This document shows positions 1 to 9,065 of a stretch of DNA of 64,000 bases, one piece after another. Source of the stretch: Clostridia bacterium (GTDB lineage Bacteria; Bacillota; Clostridia; RGIG6154); NCBI GenBank assembly GCA_045589295.1, contig JAZNOU010000002.1, positions 96,140 to 160,139 of the forward strand, read 5' to 3'. A program made the translations under genes and the position numbers. The stretch's first letter is position 1; every line of letters starts with the position of its first letter. The notes under the pieces are model-generated. The model had not been told where the DNA came from and made no database searches. It saw only the letters and a program-made list of their open reading frames with translations.

Positions 1-878
1 AAAAGGACAGTGCAGGAAAGCCACTTAACGTTGGCGATAAAGTTGTTACCTGTATGATCTTTAAAGACAATCCGGATATCACAATGTTTGATTTAAACAA
101 ACAAAATGTCGGCGGTGCAGATGTCTACGGACTTCTCCCTGATGATGACATTCACTTAAATGGTTGGTTTGCAGACTACATAGTAGTAAGAGGCGGTTCT
201 ACAGTATTTAATGTTAGCGACTTAGACCTCGATTCAAGAATTTTAATTGAACCTTGTGCAGTTTTAATTCACGCAGTAGAACGTGCTAAAACAACAGGAA
301 TTTTAAAATTCAATTCAAGAGTTGTTGTTCAGGGTTGTGGACCTATCGGTCTTATCTGTATCGCGATTCTTCGTACAATGGGTATTGAAAATATCGTTGC
401 AGTAGATGGCGAACAAAAAAGACTTGATTTTGCAAGAGAAATGGGCGCGACAGGTACAGTTAACTTCAAAGACCACAAGGGTATTGAAGCACTTACCGGT
501 GCAGTAGAAAACGAATTTGGCGGATACTTAGCTGACTTTGCATTCCAGTGCACTGGCTCACCAATTGCTCACGCTAACATTTACAAGTTTATAAGAAACG
601 GTGGCGGTCTTTGCGAACTCGGTTTCTTTATAAACGGCGGCGACGCTACAATCAATCCACACTTTGACATTTGTTCAAAGGAAATCACAACAGTAGGTTC
701 TTGGGTTTACACTTTAAGAGATTATGCTACAACATTTGATTTCTTAAAGAGAGCAAAAGGTATCGGACTTCCGATGGAAAAGCTCATCACTCACAAGTTC
801 CCACTTGACCAAATCAATGAGGCTCACATCACAAACCTTAAGATGGAAGGCCTTAAAATAGCAATAGTAAATGATTAA
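1..878 (+). CDS. Zn-dependent (MDR) alcohol dehydrogenase of BMC locus, 5'-truncated by window
   Basis: Frame open from position 3 (KDSAGKPLNVGDKVVTC...); EPCAV, QGCGPIG Rossmann motif, FQCTGS, ITHKFPLDQINEA. Confidence 0.9.
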   Translation, partial: KDSAGKPLNVGDKVVTCMIFKDNPDITMFDLNKQNVGGADVYGLLPDDDIHLNGWFADYIVVRGGSTVFNVSDLDLDSRILIEPCAVLIHAVERAKTTGILKFNSRVVVQGCGPIGLICIAILRTMGIENIVAVDGEQKRLDFAREMGATGTVNFKDHKGIEALTGAVENEFGGYLADFAFQCTGSPIAHANIYKFIRNGGGLCELGFFINGGDATINPHFDICSKEITTVGSWVYTLRDYATTFDFLKRAKGIGLPMEKLITHKFPLDQINEAHITNLKMEGLKIAIVND

Positions 879-897
879 TTTTAGGAGGGTATAAATC

Positions 898-1173
898 ATG
901 GCATTAGAAGCATTAGGTATGATTGAAACAAGAGGTCTTACTGCAGCAATTGAAGCGGCAGACGCAATGGTTAAAGCTGCAGAAGTAACACTTATCGGAA
1001 CTGAAAAAATCGGTTCAGGATTAGTAAGTGTTATGGTTCGTGGTGATGTAGGAGCAGTTAAAGCTGCTACAGAAGCAGGTTCTGCTTGCGCATCTCGCCT
1101 TGGCGAATTGGTTGCAGTTCACGTAATCCCAAGACCACACGCTGATGTTGAAAAAATTCTCCCCAAATTCTAA
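898..1173 (+). CDS. BMC-H shell hexamer (PduA/EutM-like)
   Basis: ALGMIETRG...[30 protein letters not shown]; RBS AGGAGG. Confidence 0.96.
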   Translation: MALEALGMIETRGLTAAIEAADAMVKAAEVTLIGTEKIGSGLVSVMVRGDVGAVKAATEAGSACASRLGELVAVHVIPRPHADVEKILPKF

Positions 1174-1189
1174 TTAAGAGGTGAGATAA

Positions 1190-1567
1190 ATGGCAACAGC
1201 TAAAAAGACAACTAAGGCGGCTGCTCCAAAAGCAGAGCCTAAAAAAGAAGTAAATATCAAGGTTGAATCTATTAAGGAGGAAAAGAAAATGGCATTAGAA
1301 GCATTAGGTATGGTAGAAACAAGAGGTTTGGTAGCTGCAATTGAAGCTGCCGATGCAATGCTCAAAGCTGCAAACGTACAGCTTTTAGGAACTGAAAGAA
1401 TCGGTTCTGGTTTGGTAAGCGTTATGGTTCGCGGTGATGTAGGCGCTGTTAAAGCTGCTGTAGAAGCTGGTCAGGCAAGTGCTCAGAGACTCGGCGAAAT
1501 CATTGCTACACACGTAATTCCAAGACCTCATGGTGATGTTGAAAAAATTCTTCCGTCACTCAAATAA
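1190..1567 (+). CDS. BMC-H shell hexamer with optional 33-aa Lys/Ala-rich N-extension (second start at 1289)
   Basis: PduA-like domain from 1289; RBS-like GAGGTG before 1190 and AAGGAGG before 1289. Confidence 0.93.
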   Translation: MATAKKTTKAAAPKAEPKKEVNIKVESIKEEKKMALEALGMVETRGLVAAIEAADAMLKAANVQLLGTERIGSGLVSVMVRGDVGAVKAAVEAGQASAQRLGEIIATHVIPRPHGDVEKILPSLK

Positions 1568-1586
1568 TTTAACTGTCAAATATAAG

Positions 1587-1614
1587 GGTTGCCGTGCTTA
1601 AATGCACGGCGACC
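1587..1614 (+). promoter_or_regulatory. GC-rich intra-operon stem-loop without U-tract
   Basis: GGTTGCCGTGC-ttaaat-GCACGGCGACC between hexamer and pentamer genes. Confidence 0.7.
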
Positions 1615-1643
1615 TGATGATAGTATTACGGGAGGGTACTTAA

Positions 1644-1904
1644 ATGATTATCGGTAAGGTAATAGGAAGCATTGTTTCCACAAGAAAAAACGAAAATTTA
1701 GTTGGCAATAAATTTATGATTGTTGAACCTGCTCAAAAAACTGGAAATGGCAACATCGTTGCAGTTGATAATATCGGTGCAGGTATCGGAGAGTATGTTT
1801 TAGTTGCAACAGGCAGTGCGGCAAGAATTGGCTGCAATATGGAATCAAGTCCTGTTGATGCTGCAATTGTCGGAATAATTGATGATGCAAGCGAATTAAA
1901 ATAA
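1644..1904 (+). CDS. eutN: BMC-P vertex pentamer (EutN/CcmL family)
   Basis: MIIGKVIGSIVSTRK, VAVDNIGAGIGE, GSAAR, PVDAAIVGIID. Confidence 0.95.
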   Translation: MIIGKVIGSIVSTRKNENLVGNKFMIVEPAQKTGNGNIVAVDNIGAGIGEYVLVATGSAARIGCNMESSPVDAAIVGIIDDASELK

Positions 1905-1925
1905 AACTATTATGAAAGGTAACAA

Positions 1926-3263
1926 ATGGCTATGACACTTGAAAAATTGCAACAGCTTATGAAGGACAATGGTATAGTCGGTGCCGGTGGTGCTGGATTT
2001 CCTTCATACGCAAAGTTGGATAAAAGAGCAGATACGATTATATTAAACTGTGCAGAGTGTGAGCCTCTTTTAAAGCTTCACAGACAGCTTTTGGCAGAGT
2101 ATGCGTATGAAATTATGAGCACTCTTGACTTAATTGCTGATTTAGTTGATGCAAAAAGTGTTATTATTGCTGTAAAACATGCCTATACTGAGGCTGTTAA
2201 TGCGGTAAAAGCCAATCTTGATTCTTTTAAAAGAATAAGCATTGGATATTTACCTGAAATTTATCCGGCAGGCGATGAGGTTGTTACAATTTATGAAACA
2301 ACCAAGAGAGTCGTTGCACCGGGTAAGCTCCCCATTACGGTGGGAGTAACGGTGTTTAATGTTGAAACTATTTATAATGTGTACAGAGCGATAAATGAAA
2401 ATGAGCCTGTTACATATAAATACATAACTGTTGCAGGCGAGGTTAAAAAACCTGTGACAGTAAAAGTTCCTCTTGGAACATCAATTAAAGAAGTCATCAA
2501 AATGGCAGGTGGCGCAACCGTTGAGGATTATAAGTTAATCAACGGCGGACCTATGACAGGTGGCTTGATTGAAGAATTTCAGACAGTAACAAAGACAACA
2601 AATGGTATTTTGGTTATGCCTAAAGACCATTATATTATAAATAAAAGATTGGCAAGCATCAAGACCGATATGAAACGTGCTATGAGTGCTTGTTGCCAGT
2701 GTAAAATGTGCACAGATATGTGTTCAAGAAATCTTTTGGGACACCCTATAAAACCTCATGAATTTATGAGAGTGGCAACATCGGGAGTTACAAGAGATAT
2801 TGAACCATTTATTAATACAATGTTTTGTTCTGCGTGCGGACTTTGCGAGATGTATGCCTGCAATCAGGGGCTTTCACCAAGAGCTTTGATTTTAGCTTAC
2901 AAGAACGGACTAAGACAAAACGGAATAAAAATCCCAGATGATATTTCATTTAAAGAAGTATCAAAGCAGAGGGAATTCAGAAAAGTTCCCATGCATCGTC
3001 TTGTTGCAAGACTTGGACTTACACCATATGACAAACCTGCACCACTTGATAATGAACTCAAAAGTGTAAAAACTGTGAAAATTGCATTAGCACAACATAT
3101 TGGTGCACCTTGCAATGCAGTTGTTAAAAAAGGTGACAAGGTTAAAAGTGGACAGATAATTGGAGAATCGTCGGTTGACAAGTTGGGTGTGAACATTCAC
3201 GCATCGATATCTGGTGTTGTACTTGATGTCAACGACAGATTTGTTACTATAAAAGGAGAGTAA
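1926..3263 (+). CDS. pduS: PduS/RnfC-like Fe-S flavoprotein
   Basis: GIVGAGGAGFP, NCAECEP, YPAGDE, GGPMTG, two CxxCxxC ferredoxin motifs, QHIGAP C-terminal domain. Confidence 0.9.
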   Translation: MAMTLEKLQQLMKDNGIVGAGGAGFPSYAKLDKRADTIILNCAECEPLLKLHRQLLAEYAYEIMSTLDLIADLVDAKSVIIAVKHAYTEAVNAVKANLDSFKRISIGYLPEIYPAGDEVVTIYETTKRVVAPGKLPITVGVTVFNVETIYNVYRAINENEPVTYKYITVAGEVKKPVTVKVPLGTSIKEVIKMAGGATVEDYKLINGGPMTGGLIEEFQTVTKTTNGILVMPKDHYIINKRLASIKTDMKRAMSACCQCKMCTDMCSRNLLGHPIKPHEFMRVATSGVTRDIEPFINTMFCSACGLCEMYACNQGLSPRALILAYKNGLRQNGIKIPDDISFKEVSKQREFRKVPMHRLVARLGLTPYDKPAPLDNELKSVKTVKIALAQHIGAPCNAVVKKGDKVKSGQIIGESSVDKLGVNIHASISGVVLDVNDRFVTIKGE

Positions 3264-3266
3264 GGT

Positions 3267-3815
3267 ATGGGAAAAGCAATTGGTATGGCTGAATTTCAGA
3301 ATGTGTCATCAGGTGTTCAAGCTGCTGATATTATCATTAAAACAGCCGATGTAGATGTAATTGAGGCACAGGTTGTGTGCCCTGGTAAATACATAATAAT
3401 CATTACAGGACAGCTGAGTGCTGTAAGAGCTTCCATTGATGCAGCAAAAGTTAAGTTTGCACAGACAATGGTAGACAGTTTTGTACTTGGAAATCCCGAT
3501 GAATCAATTTTCCCTGCAATTTACGGCTCAAATCCTGTTGAAAACCCAAACGCTTTAGGTGTTTTGGAAACATACTCTGCAGCTTCAATTATTGTTGCTG
3601 CTGACCTTGCAGCAAAAACTGCAGATGTTAATTTGATTGAACTCAGAATTGCGAGAGGTATGTGCGGTAAGTCTTATATGTATATTACAGGCGAGGTTGC
3701 TGCAGTAACCGCTTCAATAGAAAATGCAAAAGCTAAAATTGGTGATAACGGAATGTTGCTTGATGCATCGGTTATTCCAAATCCTGATAAAAAACTTTGG
3801 GACACAATTTTATAA
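3267..3815 (+). CDS. pduT: BMC-T shell protein, PduT-like
   Basis: Tandem BMC domains, VVCPGKY Fe-S-ligand Cys motif, follows pduS. Confidence 0.9.
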   Translation: MGKAIGMAEFQNVSSGVQAADIIIKTADVDVIEAQVVCPGKYIIIITGQLSAVRASIDAAKVKFAQTMVDSFVLGNPDESIFPAIYGSNPVENPNALGVLETYSAASIIVAADLAAKTADVNLIELRIARGMCGKSYMYITGEVAAVTASIENAKAKIGDNGMLLDASVIPNPDKKLWDTIL

Positions 3816-3887
3816 GCTGGAGCATAGAAGAAATAAAGCTTATAATGAAACGGCAGTATGGTAATTTATAATAGAGGGTGAGAACTT

Positions 3888-5279
3888 ATGAATATTAGTG
3901 AAAGCTACATTAAACAAATTGTAGAACAGGTAATAAACGGAACACAGACCGTGGCTGGCAACAAAACACTTAAAGGTGTATTCCCCACAATGGGCGAGGC
4001 GCTTGTTGCAGTTGAAAAAGCTTATAAAGAATTTAAATCATACAGCGTAGCACAGCGTGAGAAAATGATTTCTAAAATCAGAGAATACACATTGGCAGAA
4101 GCTGAAAATATGGCGGTGCTTGGTGTAAAAGAAACCAAAATGGGAAGGGTTTCTGATAAAATTATCAAGCATCAGTTGGTTGCAAACAAAACTCCGGGTA
4201 CTGAAGATTTACAGCCATCAGTTATGACAGGTGATGATGGTATGACATTGGTTGAAATGGCACCTTACGGTGTAATTGGTAGTATCACACCTTCAACAAA
4301 TCCATCAGAAACTGTTATTTGCAACTCAATGGGTATGATTGCAGGCGGAAATGCGGTTGTATTTAATCCGCATCCTAACGCGTGTGATACAGCAAATTAT
4401 GCAGTTGACCTTGTTAACAGAGCAGTTTTAGAGGCGGGAGGCCCAGAAAACTTAGTAGTTTCTGTTGCAAAACCTACGAGAGAGTCTTCAAATGAAATGA
4501 TGGCTTCTCCTGTAGTTAAAATGCTTGTTGCAACAGGCGGACCTGGTGTTGTTAAAGCACTCTTGTCTTCTGGTAAAAAGGCAATTGGTGCAGGGGCAGG
4601 AAATCCTCCTGTTATTGTTGACGATACTGCAGATATTGAAAAAGCGGGCGCAGATATTGTTAAAGGTGCAAGCTTTGACAATAACTTGCCATGTATTGCA
4701 GAAAAAGAATGTTTTGTATTTAACAACGTGGCAGACAGACTTATTGCTTCAATGCTTGAAAATGGTGCGTACCTTGTTAAAGGAGCAGACATTGATAAGC
4801 TTGTTAAAGTCGCACTTGTTGAAAAAGACGGAAAATATTCAATCAATAAAGATTTTGTAGGCAGAGATGCTTCTAAGTTCTTAAAAGAAATTGGAATTGA
4901 TGCAGATCCAAGACTTATAATCTGTGAAACGGATTTTAACCATCCGTTTGTTCAGGAAGAACTTATGATGCCAATTTTGCCGATTGTAAGAGTTAACAAT
5001 ATTGACGAAGCTATTGAACTTGCTGTTAAGGCAGAACACGGCAACCGTCACACAGCACATATTCATTCAAAGAATATCGACCACCTTACAAGATTTGCAA
5101 GAGCGGTTGAAACAACAATTTTTGTTAAAAATGCTCCTTCTTATGCAGGTATCGGTGCAGGCGGAGAAGGTTATACAACATTTACTATAGCAGGTCCTAC
5201 AGGTGAAGGTTTAACAGCTGCTCATTCATTCACCAGAAGCAGAAGATGCGTTATGGTAGACGGACTTCATATTGTTTAA
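3888..5279 (+). CDS. pduP: CoA-acylating aldehyde dehydrogenase (PduP/EutE) with N-terminal encapsulation peptide
   Basis: TPGTEDL, PSTNP, ATGGPGVV, GAGAGNPP, FDNNLPCIAEKE, ELMMP, TIAGPTGEG; amphipathic N-terminus. Confidence 0.93.
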   Translation: MNISESYIKQIVEQVINGTQTVAGNKTLKGVFPTMGEALVAVEKAYKEFKSYSVAQREKMISKIREYTLAEAENMAVLGVKETKMGRVSDKIIKHQLVANKTPGTEDLQPSVMTGDDGMTLVEMAPYGVIGSITPSTNPSETVICNSMGMIAGGNAVVFNPHPNACDTANYAVDLVNRAVLEAGGPENLVVSVAKPTRESSNEMMASPVVKMLVATGGPGVVKALLSSGKKAIGAGAGNPPVIVDDTADIEKAGADIVKGASFDNNLPCIAEKECFVFNNVADRLIASMLENGAYLVKGADIDKLVKVALVEKDGKYSINKDFVGRDASKFLKEIGIDADPRLIICETDFNHPFVQEELMMPILPIVRVNNIDEAIELAVKAEHGNRHTAHIHSKNIDHLTRFARAVETTIFVKNAPSYAGIGAGGEGYTTFTIAGPTGEGLTAAHSFTRSRRCVMVDGLHIV

Positions 5280-5308
5280 TTTTACTTATTGACGAAAGGA
5301 AAGCGAAA

Positions 5309-5950
5309 ATGAAAGCTTTGGGAATGATAGAAGTTTATAGCTTTACAACTGCTGTATGTGTTGCCGACGTTGCAGCAAAGGCAGCAGATGTTAAGGTTAT
5401 TGCTTTTGATAGAAACAGACCTATATCCCCTGATGTTCCAGCTCCGGTTGTAATGATTGTTAAAATTGAGGGTGAGGTTGCTGCAGTCAGAGCTGCAGTT
5501 GAAGCAGGTGTGAATTATTCAAAGGAAAAGGGTAAGTACATTGTATCTCATATAATTGCACGTCCTGATGAAGACACAGAAAATATGGCTTATCTTATAG
5601 ATATAAACAAAGATAAGTACAACAAAAAATTCCCCAAGAACTTTAAGGGCGTACAAACTTCAGAGCCTGAAACAAAAGGTGCTATTGGACTTTTGGAGGT
5701 AGAGGGTTTGGTTGCTTCAATTGAAGGATTGGATACAATGCTTAAAGCTGCTGAAGTTAAGCTGGTACATACAGAAAAAAGACTTGGAGGTAGACTTGTA
5801 ACTTACATTATAACAGGTAATGTATCCTCAGTTAAAGCGGCTGTGGAAGCAGGTTATAGTGGTGCAAAAGTTTTAGGAAGAGTTTTTGGTAATGAGATAA
5901 TTGCAAATCCTCATAATGAAGTACTTAAATTTTTTGATATGGAAGTTTAA
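5309..5950 (+). CDS. Tandem-BMC-domain shell protein (two hexamer-like domains plus charged linker)
   Basis: MKALGMIEV...IIARP and GAIGLLEVEG...IIANPH; start chosen at ATG 5309 after AAAGGA. Confidence 0.88.
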   Translation: MKALGMIEVYSFTTAVCVADVAAKAADVKVIAFDRNRPISPDVPAPVVMIVKIEGEVAAVRAAVEAGVNYSKEKGKYIVSHIIARPDEDTENMAYLIDINKDKYNKKFPKNFKGVQTSEPETKGAIGLLEVEGLVASIEGLDTMLKAAEVKLVHTEKRLGGRLVTYIITGNVSSVKAAVEAGYSGAKVLGRVFGNEIIANPHNEVLKFFDMEV

Positions 5951-5973
5951 TGTTGCATAAAGGAAGAGTTTTT

Positions 5974-6630
5974 ATGGATACAAAAATCATTGAAGATGCA
6001 GTTTTAAAGGCTATAAATGAATATAATATGGACGTAAGCGGCGAAATCAAAGTGGGTGTGTCACAAAGACATATTCATCTATCCCGTGAAGACCTTGACA
6101 TTTTGTTTGGAAAAGGATATGAACTTACAAAAAAGAAAACTTTGATGGGAAGAGAGTATGCCTCGGAAGAAACAGTAACCTTAGTTGGACCATCACTAAA
6201 ATCCATTGAAAAGGTGAGAGTTTTAGGTCCTGTGAGAAAAGACACACAGGTTGAAATTTCAAGAACGGATACTTTTATTTTAAAGGTTAGTCCGCCTGTT
6301 CGTCCGTCAGGTAAAATTGAAGGTTCTGAAAAAGTTGTTGTTGTAGGACCTAAAGGCAGTGTGTATTTAAGGCAGGGTGTTATTATTGCTAATCGTCACA
6401 TTCATCTTACACCTGCTTACGCTGAGCGCCACGACATTAAAGACGGCGACTATGTTGATGTTATGGTTGAAGGCATTAAGCCAACCAAGTTTTTTGATGT
6501 TCAGGTGCGCGTGAGAGATGATTTTAATGTTGAAATGCATATTGATACTGATGATGCAAACTCAGCAGGAATCAAAAACGGCAGTATTGTTAAAATTGTA
6601 AGAAAATGCGAAGATTGCAATTGTCGTTAA
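5974..6630 (+). CDS. pduL: Phosphate propanoyltransferase PduL with encapsulation peptide
   Basis: VSQRHIHL, VRVLGPVR, QVEISRTD, IIANRHIHL, EMHIDTDDAN. Confidence 0.94.
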   Translation: MDTKIIEDAVLKAINEYNMDVSGEIKVGVSQRHIHLSREDLDILFGKGYELTKKKTLMGREYASEETVTLVGPSLKSIEKVRVLGPVRKDTQVEISRTDTFILKVSPPVRPSGKIEGSEKVVVVGPKGSVYLRQGVIIANRHIHLTPAYAERHDIKDGDYVDVMVEGIKPTKFFDVQVRVRDDFNVEMHIDTDDANSAGIKNGSIVKIVRKCEDCNCR

Positions 6631-6645
6631 GATAGTAGGGGTGAT

Positions 6646-7410
6646 ATGATGTTTGCTCTGGAACGCCAGAAAAAGATTTTAGAGCTTTTAGAACAAGATG
6701 GTGCGGTGTTTGTTACAAAATTAAGCACAGAACTTGGTGTTACAGAAGAAACCGTTCGCCGAGATCTTGAGAAGCTTGAAAAACAAGAGGCTTTAGTCAG
6801 AACTCACGGAGGCGCAATGCCGATTGTTGAATCTAACAGAGAGCTTTCTTTAGAAAAAAGAAAAAATATAAATGTTGATGCCAAAATTCGCTTAGCAAAA
6901 GAAGCGGTTAATCATATTGTGTCGGGTGATACAGTGTTTTTAGATGCATCGACTACAACGTTTTACATTGCCAGAGAACTTAAAAACTTTAAGAATGTTA
7001 CTATTGTAACAAATTCGCTAAGAGTTATAACCGAGCTTGCAGGTCAGCCAAATTTAAATGTTATTGCAATCGGGGGGTACGCTTCTGATAATCAGTCACT
7101 TGTAGGGAGTATTGCTCAAAGAGATATTGCGAATAATTATTTTGCAAATAAGATGTTCTTCTCAAGCCGAGGCATGACAGAAAGTGTAGGTATTTTAGAA
7201 AGTAACGAGCAAGAGTGTGGTATAAAGCAGGCAATGATGAAAAATGCTGAGAAAAAATACTACGTTTGCGATCACTCCAAAATTGGAAGGGTTGGATTTG
7301 CAAAGCTAGCACAATTTACCGATGTTGACTATGTAATTACTGAGGGACCTTTAGGAGAGTCGTTTAAAAAAATATTCGAAGATATTGACACGAAATTAGT
7401 TGAGATATAA
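6646..7410 (+). CDS. DeoR/GlpR family transcriptional regulator
   Basis: VTEETVRRDL HTH, RTHGGA, FLDASTT, VTNSL. Confidence 0.94.
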   Translation: MMFALERQKKILELLEQDGAVFVTKLSTELGVTEETVRRDLEKLEKQEALVRTHGGAMPIVESNRELSLEKRKNINVDAKIRLAKEAVNHIVSGDTVFLDASTTTFYIARELKNFKNVTIVTNSLRVITELAGQPNLNVIAIGGYASDNQSLVGSIAQRDIANNYFANKMFFSSRGMTESVGILESNEQECGIKQAMMKNAEKKYYVCDHSKIGRVGFAKLAQFTDVDYVITEGPLGESFKKIFEDIDTKLVEI

Positions 7411-7411
7411 T

Positions 7412-7440
7412 AAAAACAGGTGCACAACGCACCTGTTTTA
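7412..7440. terminator. Intrinsic terminator ending BMC operon
   Basis: AAAACAGGTGC-acaac-GCACCTGTTTT. Confidence 0.85.
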
Positions 7441-7616
7441 TTATTTGAATAATTTTAGCAAAAGTAGTTGAATTTTAACTTATTATATTATATACTATTT
7501 GTAAGGTTGATACAATGCTCAAATCAAGAATATGTGCTTATAAGCAAAGCTTGGTGTAATGGGCGTTATTGAGATTGTAACACTAATTGTAAATGCATAA
7601 AAGAGGAATGATTACG

Positions 7617-9032
7617 TTGAGAAAAACAAAAATTATATGTACACTAGGACCATCTACTGATAATCCCGAAATCATTGAAAAAATGGTTAAAGCAGGCATG
7701 AATGTTGCAAGACTTAATTTTTCACACGGGACTCACGAAGAACAGCTTAAAAGAATAAATATGGTAAAAGAAGTAAGACAAAGGCTTAATTGCCCATTGG
7801 CGATTTTGCTTGATACCAAGGGACCTGAAATAAGAATAGGCATGTTTAAAGATGGGTTTGCAATGCTCAATGCAGGTCAGAAATTTACACTTGTGTGCGA
7901 CGAGATACAAGGTGATAATCAAAGGGTTTCTGTATCACATAAAAAAATCTCCTCAATTTTAAAGAGCGGAGATACCATTCTGATAGATGATGGTTTAATA
8001 GAACTTAATGTTGAAGAATTTGACGGTAAAGATGTAGTTTGCCGGGTTATAAACGGGGGGAAGATTTCAAACAAAAAAAGTATAAATCTCCCAGGTGTTA
8101 AATTGGATATGCCTTATATGACCGAGCGTGACAGAGAAGATCTTTTGTTCGGAATTAAGGCAGATGTTGATTATGTTGCGGCTTCGTTTATCAGAAATGC
8201 CGATGATGTAAAATGTGTCAGAAACTTGCTTGATGAAAACGGCGGTAAAGATATTAAGTTGATTTCAAAAATAGAAAATAACGAGGGTGTAGAAAATATT
8301 GACGAGATTTTAGCAGAGTCTAACGGTATTATGATTGCCAGAGGGGATATGGGTGTTGAAATTTCGTTTGAAAGACTTCCTGCAATTCAAAAATCACTTA
8401 TCAAAAAGTGCTATGAGGCTGGTAAGCCTGTAATTACCGCAACACAGATGCTTGAATCTATGGTGCATAGCCCAAGACCTACAAGGGCAGAGGTTTCGGA
8501 CGTGGCAAATGCTATTTATGACGGAACAAGCGCCATTATGCTTTCGGGTGAAACCGCTGCAGGTATGTATCCGATAGAAAGTGTTGAAACAATGTCAAAA
8601 ATTGCCGAAATGACTGAGAAAAATATTCATTATAAGAAAAGATTTCTGGCTCAGCAAAAAATAAAAAATACGTCTATTACTGACGCGGTAAGTCATGCTG
8701 CGTGCACAATGGCGATTGACTTGGGAGCGGCTGCTATTGTTGCAGTTACCACCAGCGGACATACAGCGAGAATGCTTTCAAAATTCAGACCATCATGTCC
8801 GATAATTGCCGTTATAGTTGATGAAAAGGCATACCATCAGACTTCTATGACATGGGGAGTAGTTCCGGTAAAAAATGATATGCAGGAAACAATGGACGAT
8901 ATGTTTGAATCAGGAATGAGAAAGGCGATTACAACAAGAATTTTAAAAAAAGACGATATGATAGTTTTAACAGGAGGATTACCTGTTGGAATTGCAGGAA
9001 CAACAAATGTTGTAAAGGTGCAGATTTTATAA
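7617..9032 (+). CDS. pyk: Pyruvate kinase
   Basis: RKTKIICTLGP, ARLNFSHG, DTKGPEIR, ARGDMGVE, TATQMLESM, MLSGETA; TTG start (ATG 7608 alternative). Confidence 0.97.
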   Translation: MRKTKIICTLGPSTDNPEIIEKMVKAGMNVARLNFSHGTHEEQLKRINMVKEVRQRLNCPLAILLDTKGPEIRIGMFKDGFAMLNAGQKFTLVCDEIQGDNQRVSVSHKKISSILKSGDTILIDDGLIELNVEEFDGKDVVCRVINGGKISNKKSINLPGVKLDMPYMTERDREDLLFGIKADVDYVAASFIRNADDVKCVRNLLDENGGKDIKLISKIENNEGVENIDEILAESNGIMIARGDMGVEISFERLPAIQKSLIKKCYEAGKPVITATQMLESMVHSPRPTRAEVSDVANAIYDGTSAIMLSGETAAGMYPIESVETMSKIAEMTEKNIHYKKRFLAQQKIKNTSITDAVSHAACTMAIDLGAAAIVAVTTSGHTARMLSKFRPSCPIIAVIVDEKAYHQTSMTWGVVPVKNDMQETMDDMFESGMRKAITTRILKKDDMIVLTGGLPVGIAGTTNVVKVQIL

Positions 9033-9065
9033 AAAAAGAAGGTGTGAAATTCACACCTTCTTTTT
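9033..9065. terminator. Bidirectional terminator between pyk and rodA
   Basis: AAAAAGAAGGTGTGA-aat-TCACACCTTCTTTTT. Confidence 0.9.

Noticed and set aside
898-1567. Repeated DNA between the two BMC-H genes
   Set aside because: Explained by paralogous coding sequence, not a repeat array.
1587-1646. Possible hammerhead ribozyme (hairpin followed by CTGATGA and a second stem)
   Set aside because: Required GAAA is TAAA, and no UH site or stem III can be formed.
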